This document shows positions 46,441-56,591 of a stretch of 59,893 nt of DNA, piece after piece. Made by a program: the position numbers and the translations under genes. The DNA comes from an uncultured archaeon. Lineage in GTDB: Archaea > Asgardarchaeota > Lokiarchaeia > Sigyniarchaeales > SOKP01. The notes below the pieces were generated by a model, which saw only the letters and a program-made list of their open reading frames with translations, had not been told where the DNA came from and searched no databases. The stretch is taken from NCBI GenBank assembly GCA_964493715.1, contig CAZBPC010000013.1, positions 1-59,893 on the forward strand, in the 5' to 3' direction. Within the stretch, counting starts at the first letter, position 1. Every line of letters starts with the position of its first letter.

Positions 46441-47394
46441 CTATTTACCAAATTGCTTTTTTTTTAAATACCATAATATAATAGGTAAAACAATAGTAGC
46501 ATCAGAAATTACTGTAGAGTATTGAGCTTTTTCCGCTACTTTTCCCCAAGATTTTGCTTCTTGTAATGTTGCACCACTTAATCCTCCTGGTTCTGGTCGA
46601 TCCATAGTAATTTGAATCGCATAATTTGCAGAATTTGGACAAAATTGAAGGGATTGTAATATAAAGTTTTTAGGTACTCCACCCCCTATAATGCACACTC
46701 CTGCTTTTTTTGAATCCCAAGCAAGATCAACCATCTTTAACATGTCTTTGAAATGGTTGAGATTAAGTTTTTGATGATGAAAACCGAGTTGTAACGCTAA
46801 ACCAGAATCAGTAAATGCTGGACAAAATATCGGAACGTTTTTTTCTGCACATACCTTTAAAATAGAATTAGAATTAGCAGGCAATTCGTCCCCTAAAAAC
46901 TTTAAAAACTCACTCACAGGCATGCTGTCATTTACTATCTTCAAATTTGATACAAAGTCTTCTATCCCTTCATAAACGTTATTTGGTAAGAATACGTCGT
47001 AAATTCGATTTATTTCTTCATTATGTAATTTAACATCATTAACTTCGCTTAAATTGATACTACCCTGAAGATGATGATACCCCAATGTTTCTGCAATATC
47101 ATGAGTTAAGCTTGCACCTGTAGTTACGAGAATATCAATAAAACCAGCTTCAATAAAATCATGAATTATTCCTTGAAATCCTGCGGGAATCAGAGCACCA
47201 GCAAGTCCGAAAAATTTGGTACAGTCTTTATCATTTATCATTGCTTCATAAATTTCACAAGCAATTGCTAGACGTTTAGCACTGAATCCCGTATTTGATA
47301 AATCTGCGATGAGTGATGATATATTAGTGTCTTTATCGATTTTAAATTGCTTAACTTCTTTTAAAATATCTTTAATTTCTGGAGTTGGTGTCAT
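46441..47394 (-). CDS. dys: Deoxyhypusine synthase
   Basis: TTGASLTHD, NRIYD, PAFTDS, GGGVPKNF, GGLSGATLQEAKSWGK (active Lys). Confidence 0.95.
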   Translation of the reverse strand: MTPTPEIKDILKEVKQFKIDKDTNISSLIADLSNTGFSAKRLAIACEIYEAMINDKDCTKFFGLAGALIPAGFQGIIHDFIEAGFIDILVTTGASLTHDIAETLGYHHLQGSINLSEVNDVKLHNEEINRIYDVFLPNNVYEGIEDFVSNLKIVNDSMPVSEFLKFLGDELPANSNSILKVCAEKNVPIFCPAFTDSGLALQLGFHHQKLNLNHFKDMLKMVDLAWDSKKAGVCIIGGGVPKNFILQSLQFCPNSANYAIQITMDRPEPGGLSGATLQEAKSWGKVAEKAQYSTVISDATIVLPIILWYLKKKQFGK

Positions 47395-47409
47395 AATTTC
47401 ATTCTAATA

Positions 47410-48306
47410 TTAAGTTGAAATAAAAGAAATAAACTCTACTAGCAATTTGGCTGCTAAATTGGATGTCATATTATTAGGGGCATCTAAATTCGGTGATACT
47501 TCTACTAAATCGCACCCATATATTTTAAAGTTTTTAGCTAATAATCTCAATATTTGCCATAACTCCCGATATGATAATCCTCCGGGTATGGCATAACCTG
47601 TACCCGGAGCAATAGATGGTTCCAATACATCGATATCTATTGACACGTAAAGAGATTTTATCCCAGAATTCTGAAAGAACGCTACGATATCCTTTGATAA
47701 ATTTGTAAATCCAAGATCTGAAAATAAAAATGCATCAAAATGAGTAATACCTTTTTCATTAGCGATTTTCATTTCAGGAATATCTATATCTCTCGTTCCT
47801 ACAATCAACAAATTATTTTTATCGAATTGATCTAAATCATAAATTCTATGTGAAACTGTAGCATGAGAATACACGCTCTTATCCCATTCATTATATAAAT
47901 CCAAATGTGCATCAAATATTAAAATACCGATATTTTCGTCTGTTATAAATTCCTTACTAATTGTTTTTACCACAGGAAACGTGCAGAAATGATCTCCTCC
48001 AATCATGATGGGGATGACATCTCCTTTCTGTTTAAATATATTCATTATGAAATCCTTAATTTCTCTGAAGTTTCTTTCTACGTTCGAGGGTTCAATGATT
48101 ACATCTCCCATATCAACAACTTTTAAACTTGGAATCTCTACTCCCATTTCAGTAGTTAATGCTAAATCTTGACTCACTTCTCGAATTTTTTGAGGTGCCG
48201 TAGAAGAATTGACATTATCTTTTGAACTTAAATAATCCCATGGAATTCCAAAAATTACAAATTCGGTATCTGATGCTATTGTATCTCCAAAATCATAAAA
48301 TTTCAT
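47410..48306 (-). CDS. speB: Agmatinase (ureohydrolase family)
   Basis: GGDH, DAHLD, SHAT, SIDIDVL.PS.APGTG, DLVEV. Confidence 0.9.
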   Translation of the reverse strand: MKFYDFGDTIASDTEFVIFGIPWDYLSSKDNVNSSTAPQKIREVSQDLALTTEMGVEIPSLKVVDMGDVIIEPSNVERNFREIKDFIMNIFKQKGDVIPIMIGGDHFCTFPVVKTISKEFITDENIGILIFDAHLDLYNEWDKSVYSHATVSHRIYDLDQFDKNNLLIVGTRDIDIPEMKIANEKGITHFDAFLFSDLGFTNLSKDIVAFFQNSGIKSLYVSIDIDVLEPSIAPGTGYAIPGGLSYRELWQILRLLAKNFKIYGCDLVEVSPNLDAPNNMTSNLAAKLLVEFISFIST

Positions 48307-48324
48307 GTCATTATCTCTCTATTG

Positions 48325-50037
48325 TTACATTTGGTCTAAAATATCTATACCCAGTATTTTTAATCCTATTCTTATTACAACTTGAACACATTTAATTAAC
48401 AATAATCGTGCTTTCTCTAATTCTTTATTTTCAGAAATCACTAGACAAGAAGAATAAAATGAATTAAAAGATTGGCATAGTGTTAATAAATATTGAGGAA
48501 TAATGTGAATATTATAGGAACTCTCTGCAGTATCAATGATCTCCGGAAAATACGTAAGATGCTTCAACAGGAGTAATTCAGTTTGATGTTTTAATAATTC
48601 CCAATTCACATTTAGATCAATATCTTCTCTTGACTTTGAAATGATGGAATTTATGCGTGCATTACAATATAATATATAAGGCCCAGTTTCTCCTTCAAAA
48701 GAAATACTTTCTCTTGGATTAAAGGTAAATCCTTTGATTGCGCTGAATTTCAAGATGTAAAATTTTAAAGCAGCCATTCCAATGATTTCTGCTCGATGTT
48801 TCTTTTCATTTTCAGAAAGATTTGAATACCTCATATTTACCTCCTCAAGCGCTAATTTTTCTATTTTTGCTATAATGTCATCGGCATCAACAATTGTTCC
48901 CTCCCTACTTTTCATTTTACCTTCTGGTAAATCGACCATACCATAAGAGAGGTGAAAATTATCTTCTTTAAAGCCCAATAAGTCAAGTATCGCAAACAAC
49001 CATTTGAAATGTTGAATTTGTTCATCTGCAACGACATAAATAGATTTATCATAATTGAAATCTTTCTTTTTAATATAAGCAAGATATATATCTTGAGTTA
49101 TATAAATTGAAGTGCCGTCACTCCTGATAAGAACTTTATCTTCAAGATTATATTTTTCTTTCAGGCGTACGAATATGGCTCCATCTTCTGTTTGTTCAAA
49201 TAATCCCTTTTTTAGTCCTTCATATATTATTTCTTTCCCCTTTAAATAAAGGCTCGATTCATAATATTCCTTATCAAATTTAATACCTAATTTCTCAAAT
49301 GTTATCTTAAAACCATCAAATGCCCATTTATTCATCTTTTTCCATAAATCGCGTGTTTCAGTATCTCCATCTTCCCATAACCTTAACATTTTTCTTGCTT
49401 CATTTTCTAATTCAGGATGTTTTTCAAGCATTTGATTGTATTTTACATAATAATTTCCAACAAAATGGTCGCTTTTTATGTTAGGTTCCTTGTTTTCCCC
49501 CCATTTCTTATATGCTACCATGCTTTTACAAATGTGAATCCCCCTATCATTATTTAAATTGACCTGGAAGACTTTATATCCCTTATATAAGAGTAAGTTT
49601 GAAAGAGACTTTCCAAGTAACATGTTTCTGATGTGGCCAAAATGAAGGGGTTTATTCGTATTTGGTGAGGGATATTCGATTACAACGTTATATTTGGATA
49701 TAGACTCGTCTGTTTCTCGAATTCTGCCATAGTCTTCTTGGAGTAAAGTAATATTTTCTATTATTATCTGGGATTTTACCGTGAAATTTAAATAAGGACC
49801 CTCTGATTCGACTTGTTCGATGGATTCTGGTAACTTAATTTTAGCTTTCAAATCTTTTGCAATGAGAAGAGGGGCTTTTTTTTCAAATTTAGCTAGTCTA
49901 TAACAGGGAAAAGCATAAGTATAACTGAATTCATCTGGAGGAATCTCTACAAAGGATTCTAATTCCTCAACTGAAAAATATGAGATATACTTGGCTAATA
50001 TTTCTGCTATAAATTTCTTATCGATAATAATTTTCAT
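48325..50037 (-). CDS. argS: Arginine--tRNA ligase
   Basis: SPNTNKPLHFGH (HIGH), KMKSREG, GETGPY, C-terminal GI...QM; ATG 50037. Confidence 0.97.
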   Translation of the reverse strand: MKIIIDKKFIAEILAKYISYFSVEELESFVEIPPDEFSYTYAFPCYRLAKFEKKAPLLIAKDLKAKIKLPESIEQVESEGPYLNFTVKSQIIIENITLLQEDYGRIRETDESISKYNVVIEYPSPNTNKPLHFGHIRNMLLGKSLSNLLLYKGYKVFQVNLNNDRGIHICKSMVAYKKWGENKEPNIKSDHFVGNYYVKYNQMLEKHPELENEARKMLRLWEDGDTETRDLWKKMNKWAFDGFKITFEKLGIKFDKEYYESSLYLKGKEIIYEGLKKGLFEQTEDGAIFVRLKEKYNLEDKVLIRSDGTSIYITQDIYLAYIKKKDFNYDKSIYVVADEQIQHFKWLFAILDLLGFKEDNFHLSYGMVDLPEGKMKSREGTIVDADDIIAKIEKLALEEVNMRYSNLSENEKKHRAEIIGMAALKFYILKFSAIKGFTFNPRESISFEGETGPYILYCNARINSIISKSREDIDLNVNWELLKHQTELLLLKHLTYFPEIIDTAESSYNIHIIPQYLLTLCQSFNSFYSSCLVISENKELEKARLLLIKCVQVVIRIGLKILGIDILDQM

Positions 50038-50162
50038 TTTAATAAAGGATGCCAATCAAGAGTTTCGATATATTAAGCGTATGTAACTTTTATCTGTTTT
50101 GTAAAATATATTCTAAATAGCTCATAAAACTTACGTTATTTTTTAAACGGATGTGATTTACC

Positions 50163-51377
50163 TTGTCATTCAAGCAAAATGCTAAGATTAAATTTCCAAA
50201 ATGGCCAATTTATGACGAAAATGAAATCAATGAGTTAACTGAAGTCATAAAATCTGGTCATTGGTGGTGTGGATCTCCAGGGTTGCACCAAGGAGAACGT
50301 GTGTGGAAATTTCAAGAAGAATTTGCACAGTTTCAGGAAGCCACTCATTGCATTGCCGTTTTTAACGGTACGGTTGCGATTGAATCAGCCCTAATGGCAT
50401 TGGACATAGGATTAGGAGATGAAGTCATTGTATCAGATTATACGTTTGTAGCTTCTGCTTCTGCTGTAATAGCTACGAATGCAGTCCCTTTATTTTGTGA
50501 TATAGATCCCGAGACTCTCGTAATGGATGTCAACAAAATAAAAAGCTTGATTACAAAAAGAACTAAAGCTATCATACCAGTGCACTTAGCAGGGAACCCC
50601 GTTGAGATGGATGGGTTGATGGAAATAGCAAATAAGTATAATCTTTATGTAATTGAGGATTGTTCACATGCACATGGTTCAAGGTTCAAGGGAAAACGTG
50701 TTGGTAATTGGGGTGATGCAGGCACGTTTAGCTTTCAAGCTTCTAAAGTTCTTACAGGTGGAGAAGGTGGTGCTGTTATCTGTAATTCTAAAGACTTGGC
50801 TGATAAAATTTATTCCTACACCGATTGCGGTAGAATAATCAATGGCTATGGCTATAAGCATAATACATATGGAACTAATTATCGGATGACTGAATACCAA
50901 GCAGCAGTACTTCGAGCTCAATTAAAAAAATTTCCCTCACAACATGAACTTAGGAATGAAAATGCCAAGTATTTAATGGAACAATTAAATCAAATAGACG
51001 GAATACAAGTAATGAAACCAACTCCTGGAACTACAGAGTTAGGATGGTATGTGTATCCCATTGTTTTTGAACCAGAAAAGTTTAATAGGTTGACAAAATC
51101 AGAATTTTATAAAAAATTAAATCGAGCTGGAATTCCGACTGACGATTGTTATCCTCCCTTGCATGGATTAGATTGCTTTAAAAATATATGTTTAAAAAAA
51201 AAAATCGATTATTCTAAAGCAAATTGGGGAAGTATTAAAAGTGAAGATAAAAATTTTCCTATCGTTTCAGATATTTATACCAGAAGTGTAGAATTTCCAC
51301 ATGAGATACTTTTAGCATCAAAGGACAAGATAGATTCAATTGTTAAATTTATTATCTCATTGAAAAAATCTGAATAA
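50163..51377 (+). CDS. DegT/DnrJ aminotransferase (AHBA-synthase/NtdA-like subgroup)
   Basis: FPKWP, NGTVAI, YTFVASA, IEDCSHAHG, SFQASKVLTGGEGG, GTNYRM. Confidence 0.92.
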   Translation: MSFKQNAKIKFPKWPIYDENEINELTEVIKSGHWWCGSPGLHQGERVWKFQEEFAQFQEATHCIAVFNGTVAIESALMALDIGLGDEVIVSDYTFVASASAVIATNAVPLFCDIDPETLVMDVNKIKSLITKRTKAIIPVHLAGNPVEMDGLMEIANKYNLYVIEDCSHAHGSRFKGKRVGNWGDAGTFSFQASKVLTGGEGGAVICNSKDLADKIYSYTDCGRIINGYGYKHNTYGTNYRMTEYQAAVLRAQLKKFPSQHELRNENAKYLMEQLNQIDGIQVMKPTPGTTELGWYVYPIVFEPEKFNRLTKSEFYKKLNRAGIPTDDCYPPLHGLDCFKNICLKKKIDYSKANWGSIKSEDKNFPIVSDIYTRSVEFPHEILLASKDKIDSIVKFIISLKKSE

Positions 51378-51455
51378 TTTGAGTTTTTTGTTTAAATAAA
51401 GATTATATATGAAAAATTAGGCTAAATAAATAACCATTAGTAGAGGTTTTTCTCA

Positions 51456-51800
51456 ATGAAGGAAAATAATACTTTATTATTGAAATGGAATGATAATATG
51501 GATAAATTTGAGCCAATTGAGTCAGATCAAGGAATGCATGAAGGCGTATTTTTAGAATTAATTGAAGAGGATAAAATTTGGAAATATTTTTACATTACTG
51601 GTGCATCTTTAATAACTAGGCGTACTGCAAGAAGAGCAGCAAATGGAATTGCTAAGACAGGATATGTTCACCCTTCCACTAACATTCGCCATGGAGTAGA
51701 CTTCACTCTTGAAGAAGAATTATCACCATTTGAAGACATGCCCGAAGATATTCAAAAATCCCAGAGGGATTGGTACGGTGGGCATTATAAGCAATTCTAA
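51456..51800 (+). CDS. Hypothetical protein, possibly a single gelsolin-like domain
   Basis: GVFLEL...IWKYFY..GASLITRRTARRAANGI pattern; GAGGT SD upstream. Confidence 0.45.
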   Translation: MKENNTLLLKWNDNMDKFEPIESDQGMHEGVFLELIEEDKIWKYFYITGASLITRRTARRAANGIAKTGYVHPSTNIRHGVDFTLEEELSPFEDMPEDIQKSQRDWYGGHYKQF

Positions 51801-51812
51801 ACTTTTTCTTTT

Positions 51813-52859
51813 TCAATCTCCTAATTCTTCTATTTTATTTGTTTGAGCGCTTTTATACATTGTTTCAACAATCTTCAATATTTTCAAACCATATTTTGCA
51901 TCTGTCAAAGGTTTCGTATTATTCAATATGCAATTCATAAAATGGGCGATTTCTTGCGGATATCCAAAATTCCAGGCTTCAGTTGGGACAGGGAATGACC
52001 AACCTCTTGTAGTTCCTGCTTTTTCAACGGCATATCCATATCCCTTTTCACTATATACACTTATTAAATTTGAAGAAGTTGGTGCTACTTTTATTTGACC
52101 TTCTGTACCAAAAAGTTCAAATCGTATGTCATAACCTCCTGGCGCCGTCCAAGATTCTTCAATAATTATTTGGGCATCATTTTCAAAATACAGTACTCCT
52201 ACAGCATTATCTTCAACTTCACAACTGCCAAAATTTCCTCTATCAGGCTTGATGGTTTTAACTTGACAGAAGACTTCAATTACATCACAATTTAAATACC
52301 ATACTAAACAAGCAATATCATGAATACCTAAATCTAAAAGAGCTCCCCCTCCTGATTCCTTAACTTTATAAAACCACGCTGAATGCGGACCAGAATGTTG
52401 CTCTTTTCCCCGACCCATATAAATTTGACCTAATGCGCCCTCATCAATCACTTCTTTAACCTTGCAAAAAGAGGGAGCATACATGTTATTTTCGCAATAA
52501 AAGATCTTCCTGTTGGATGATCTTTCAGCATCTAGCATCTCTTGCCCCTCTGTTACATTCCTTGCTAACGGTTTTTCAACAAGTGCATGTTTCCCAGAAG
52601 CCAAAATATTTTTTGTAATATCATTATGAAGATAATTTGGAACACATGTGGATATTGCATCACATTCAAGTTTTAACAGTTCTTCATAATTTTTTAATGG
52701 GTTGCCTGGAATATCATACTTTCTCATGAGAATTTTAGCTTCTTCTTCATTAAGTGATGAAAGTCCAATAATTTCAACGTTTGGTAATAATGAGTACGAA
52801 TAGCAATGATGTTCAGCAATAAAACCTGAACCTATGATGCCAATTTTTAATTTTTCCAT
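51813..52859 (-). CDS. Gfo/Idh/MocA family oxidoreductase
   Basis: GIIGSGFIA, PNYLH, VEKPLA, GGGALLDLGIH. Confidence 0.93.
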   Translation of the reverse strand: MEKLKIGIIGSGFIAEHHCYSYSLLPNVEIIGLSSLNEEEAKILMRKYDIPGNPLKNYEELLKLECDAISTCVPNYLHNDITKNILASGKHALVEKPLARNVTEGQEMLDAERSSNRKIFYCENNMYAPSFCKVKEVIDEGALGQIYMGRGKEQHSGPHSAWFYKVKESGGGALLDLGIHDIACLVWYLNCDVIEVFCQVKTIKPDRGNFGSCEVEDNAVGVLYFENDAQIIIEESWTAPGGYDIRFELFGTEGQIKVAPTSSNLISVYSEKGYGYAVEKAGTTRGWSFPVPTEAWNFGYPQEIAHFMNCILNNTKPLTDAKYGLKILKIVETMYKSAQTNKIEELGD

Positions 52860-52893
52860 CTATTTTTCCTTTTATATAAATTTAAATTAATAC

Positions 52894-54000
52894 TTATTTC
52901 CAAAAGTCAGTTGGAGTAAACTTTTCTTTTATATGTGAGAATGGGCAAGCTGTAATGCAATTACCGCAATCGCTTGAATTTTCAATCCAAAATTCAAAAC
53001 ATTTTTCTACATTAACATAATATTTTTTGATTCCTGGATTATTCGAAATACTGGTTGGAGTAAAATTTGGTTCTTTATCAAAACTAATTGCATCGGTTTC
53101 GCAAGATTCTGCACATTTAAAGCAACTCTTACAGGTTTTTTCTACTTTTTTTATGAACTTCAAATTAGGCAAATCGGAAATTAGAGGCAAATCAGTAAAC
53201 ACCTTACAAATTCTCACTCTTGGACCAAATTTGGGCGTAATTAATAATCCATGCCTACCTAAGGCCCCGAGACCTGCATCAACTGCTAATGGGATGCTTA
53301 GAGCCGTGTCATTTCCGCATTGAATAGCACGATATCCTATGTTCCTTATGAATTCTCCAAGACAAGAAATCACAAAGACCATTTTTGAATACGCTAGAGA
53401 AGCAGCTGCAGCAGCAGGTTGAGCGGGAGCTGTTGAAATTGCATCATGATCCATTTCAATTGCCATGACTATTACTTTATTTATCCCTTTGGGTAAAGTT
53501 ATTGGCGTATCTAAAATTGAATTTGTTTGAGATCCGTCTCTTACCCGTTTTTTTGACTCTGCTTCACTAATTCCAATCGGTCTTACAAACCCCGTCTTAA
53601 AAATCCATTTCTCACTCACATCTGCTATGCCTACTAAAGAAGCTCCAAAAAATCTTGCCGCTTTCTTTACTTGTTGAGTAAATAATTTTTGATCCGATAT
53701 TTCAAGCTTAGATTTCATCCAGTCTATCCCGTAACCAATGTCAATATCTTTCAATCTATCCCACGCGAAAGCGAAAGGGAACTTTTCATACATGGTCCAA
53801 CCAGCTACTACTAAAGCAAAATCGATTCGACTATATCCTTCCTTTTTGGAGTTAATGTGAGATTCAATATTTTCATCAAACATTTTTCCAAAAGTTGATA
53901 AAGTTTTGTCCCACGTACGTCGATAAATCATGTTGTTTTTTTCTTTAAAACGTTCGTACTTTGCCTCATCAATTTCATAGGGAAAATCTTTATAATTCAT
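52894..54000 (-). CDS. Reductive dehalogenase-like cobalamin/Fe-S protein, no Tat signal
   Basis: VKKAARFFGASLVGIA, IPLAVDAGLG.LGRHGLLITPKFGPRVR..KVFTDLPL, CKSCFKCAESC, C..FW...CGNCITACPF. Confidence 0.85.
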   Translation of the reverse strand: MNYKDFPYEIDEAKYERFKEKNNMIYRRTWDKTLSTFGKMFDENIESHINSKKEGYSRIDFALVVAGWTMYEKFPFAFAWDRLKDIDIGYGIDWMKSKLEISDQKLFTQQVKKAARFFGASLVGIADVSEKWIFKTGFVRPIGISEAESKKRVRDGSQTNSILDTPITLPKGINKVIVMAIEMDHDAISTAPAQPAAAAASLAYSKMVFVISCLGEFIRNIGYRAIQCGNDTALSIPLAVDAGLGALGRHGLLITPKFGPRVRICKVFTDLPLISDLPNLKFIKKVEKTCKSCFKCAESCETDAISFDKEPNFTPTSISNNPGIKKYYVNVEKCFEFWIENSSDCGNCITACPFSHIKEKFTPTDFWK

Positions 54001-54134
54001 TATTTAAAACCAAGCCGCCATAAAGTAACTTCGATTCGAGATAATACAATAAGTATAATTGATAGACAATACATAAAAAGTTTAAACAATAAACATATAA
54101 CTATCCAGTTAAATTCATTAAAAAAAATAAAATT

Positions 54135-54512
54135 ATGACTGATAAAAGATTTATCGTTCAACTAGGGTGTGGAACGGACCAACACGGACACGATAATGAT
54201 TGTACCCAAGCAGCAATTAAAGCAATAAAGAATGCAATTTCAAATAATTGTTTGACGGGGCTGTTAGAAATTTGTGAATTGAAGGATCCGAAAGATCTTC
54301 TGGCAATGAAGGTTCATGTGAAGATTGGTGCTCCCTATCCAGACAAATTAGATCATAAGAAAGTGTTAAAAGCTATACCATTTGGCTTGAAATCACTTGA
54401 TGTTGTTAAAGGAGGATTGGTTGCTAATGGAATCATGATAAAAGAATTAGGGGATACTTCAGATAAGATGATAATGTGCAATGCTGCGGTGACAGTGTCA
54501 TTATCAGCTTGA
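54135..54512 (+). CDS. Lin0512 family protein
   Basis: LGCGTDQHG...TQAAIKAI..AI, IPFG, GGL, NAAVTV. Confidence 0.88.
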   Translation: MTDKRFIVQLGCGTDQHGHDNDCTQAAIKAIKNAISNNCLTGLLEICELKDPKDLLAMKVHVKIGAPYPDKLDHKKVLKAIPFGLKSLDVVKGGLVANGIMIKELGDTSDKMIMCNAAVTVSLSA

Positions 54513-54540
54513 CTTCAAAGTAAAGAAATTGTCGATTAAT

Positions 54541-55116
54541 ATGGTAAATAGATGTGAATGGGTGGGCAATGACCCATTAATAAGAGAATACCATGATAAG
54601 GAATGGGGAACTCCTCAACATGAGGATCAAATCCTTTATGAGTTATTAATATTAGAAGGAATGCAAGCAGGTCTTAGTTGGAGTACGGTACTTAAAAAGC
54701 GTGAAAGCTTCAGAAAAGCATTTGATAATTTTAATTATAAAATTGTAGCTAAATACGATGAAAATAAAGTTGAAACACTACTTCTAGATAAAAACATTAT
54801 CCGGAATCGATTAAAAATAAATTCTGCCATAATAAATGCCAAAATTTTCATTAAAATACAAGCAGAATTTGGTTCGTTTAATAGTTATATCTGGAAATTT
54901 GTAAATAACAAACCAATCGATAATAAATGTAAATCAATAAGTGATATACCCGGTCATACTGAACTCTCTGATATAATAAGTAAAGATATGAAAAAGCGTG
55001 AATTTAAGTTCGTTGGTACTACAATCATCTATGCTTTTATGCAAGCAATTGGCATGGTAAATGATCATACTAACTATTGCTTTCGATATGATGATATTAA
55101 AAAATCAATAATTTAA
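54541..55116 (+). CDS. tag: DNA-3-methyladenine glycosylase I
   Basis: RCEW, YHDKEWG, LEGMQAGLSW, IIRNRLKI, FKFVG, GMVNDH...C. Confidence 0.96.
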   Translation: MVNRCEWVGNDPLIREYHDKEWGTPQHEDQILYELLILEGMQAGLSWSTVLKKRESFRKAFDNFNYKIVAKYDENKVETLLLDKNIIRNRLKINSAIINAKIFIKIQAEFGSFNSYIWKFVNNKPIDNKCKSISDIPGHTELSDIISKDMKKREFKFVGTTIIYAFMQAIGMVNDHTNYCFRYDDIKKSII

Positions 55117-56415
55117 TTACTTTTTGTCTAATCCAAGCTCTTGTTCAGCATATTGTTTTAATGCATTCCATTGTTCTTCAGAAGTCCCAAAATATTTAAA
55201 TACTGCTATTCCCAACCCAAAATCAAACCCTCTCATTTGCTTTAACATTTCTTGGGTGTTACATTCTACTGAATTTGTGACTGTTAAAACCGGGCTTTTA
55301 AACTCATAAGCTCTTTTTTTCATGTTCCTTATAAAATACCAATAGAATAAATCAGCTACTTTCCCCCAATACCATCCATCATCCCTTGTTCCCATTAAAT
55401 ATGGATATTCCATTGGTGACGCAACATCTAGAATTGATGATAATTTTTCCCAATCCTGACCTAATCTCTTCCGAGTGAACATTTTTTTAGGTCCTGGAAG
55501 ACAAAACCATCCTGAAACACAATTACTATTTGTTGATTTTATCGTATCGCGTAATTTTTGAGCATAATTGGCTATATTATCTGCTTTAAAACCATACCAT
55601 TCTTCGCTATTGAGTAATTTCGCTCTTGTTCCATATTGAATTTTAAATTTCTCTCTACATCTATCACACGCGCACAAATCTGTGAATGCACCATCGTATC
55701 TAATATAATCTGCAAAAAAACCCGTTATATTGTAATTTTTTACGACTTCCTTAGCAATATCAATTAAATAGTCTACGTGTTCACTTGTTGGACACATGAA
55801 ACTCGTAAGAGGGACATATCCTGTCCCCCTAGCTCCTCTCGATTTCCCGATTTTTTCATCGACCTCAGTTGTAAGGAAAGGTATCTTTTTTTGATATTCT
55901 TCAATTGATACATTTTCAGGTAGATCAACTCTCATCTCTCCTTCTTTTTGAGTCGAGATTTCTCCCTCAGTAAATTCCTTCCCCTTTTTTTTGCTACTTT
56001 TTCCATGTACACTGACTCGATCAGGGTGTAAATATCCTTGATATGCATCATTCATGCTGGTGAAGGATGTCATTATTTTTATGTCCCTATCTTTACCCAC
56101 ATCACAAAATTCTCCCAGAAGATCACGAGCAGTTGGATTCCAACCTATTTTTGTATTCCAAAGACAAGCTCCATCCGTATCCTTAATAACAAGACCAAGC
56201 ACATTGAAATGATGTTCTTCTAGTTTATCCATTATTTCAACTACATTTAATTCCTTCTCAACAAATTCATAATCCAATTTTCTAAAACCGTGAGGTCCCC
56301 TTACAGGCATTAATCCCATGGCGAAAATTTTTTTCGCTTCAAATTTATTGTGCATATCATCTATTTTTGCAGGGTCAAAATTGAAATATTTTGTCCAATT
56401 TATATTTTTTGTCAT
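55117..56415 (-). CDS. Glycoside-hydrolase-like TIM-barrel protein (GHL6/GHL10-like)
   Basis: KD.DG..LW.T, RDLLGEF, MCP, GFFADYIRY, CACDRC..KF, GQDW, SPM.Y. Confidence 0.65.
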   Translation of the reverse strand: MTKNINWTKYFNFDPAKIDDMHNKFEAKKIFAMGLMPVRGPHGFRKLDYEFVEKELNVVEIMDKLEEHHFNVLGLVIKDTDGACLWNTKIGWNPTARDLLGEFCDVGKDRDIKIMTSFTSMNDAYQGYLHPDRVSVHGKSSKKKGKEFTEGEISTQKEGEMRVDLPENVSIEEYQKKIPFLTTEVDEKIGKSRGARGTGYVPLTSFMCPTSEHVDYLIDIAKEVVKNYNITGFFADYIRYDGAFTDLCACDRCREKFKIQYGTRAKLLNSEEWYGFKADNIANYAQKLRDTIKSTNSNCVSGWFCLPGPKKMFTRKRLGQDWEKLSSILDVASPMEYPYLMGTRDDGWYWGKVADLFYWYFIRNMKKRAYEFKSPVLTVTNSVECNTQEMLKQMRGFDFGLGIAVFKYFGTSEEQWNALKQYAEQELGLDKK

Positions 56416-56591
56416 AATTCCAAATTATTTCTTATGTAATACTTGATATTATACTAACTTTTAAAATTTATAAGAAAAAATATTAAATATTAGATCTAGA
56501 ACTTAAAGTTAAAAAGAGTAAATAAATTAAATAAGTATAGATAGTAGAAGGCAAGAAAAAATAAGACAACACTATAGGAAAAAGTATTATA

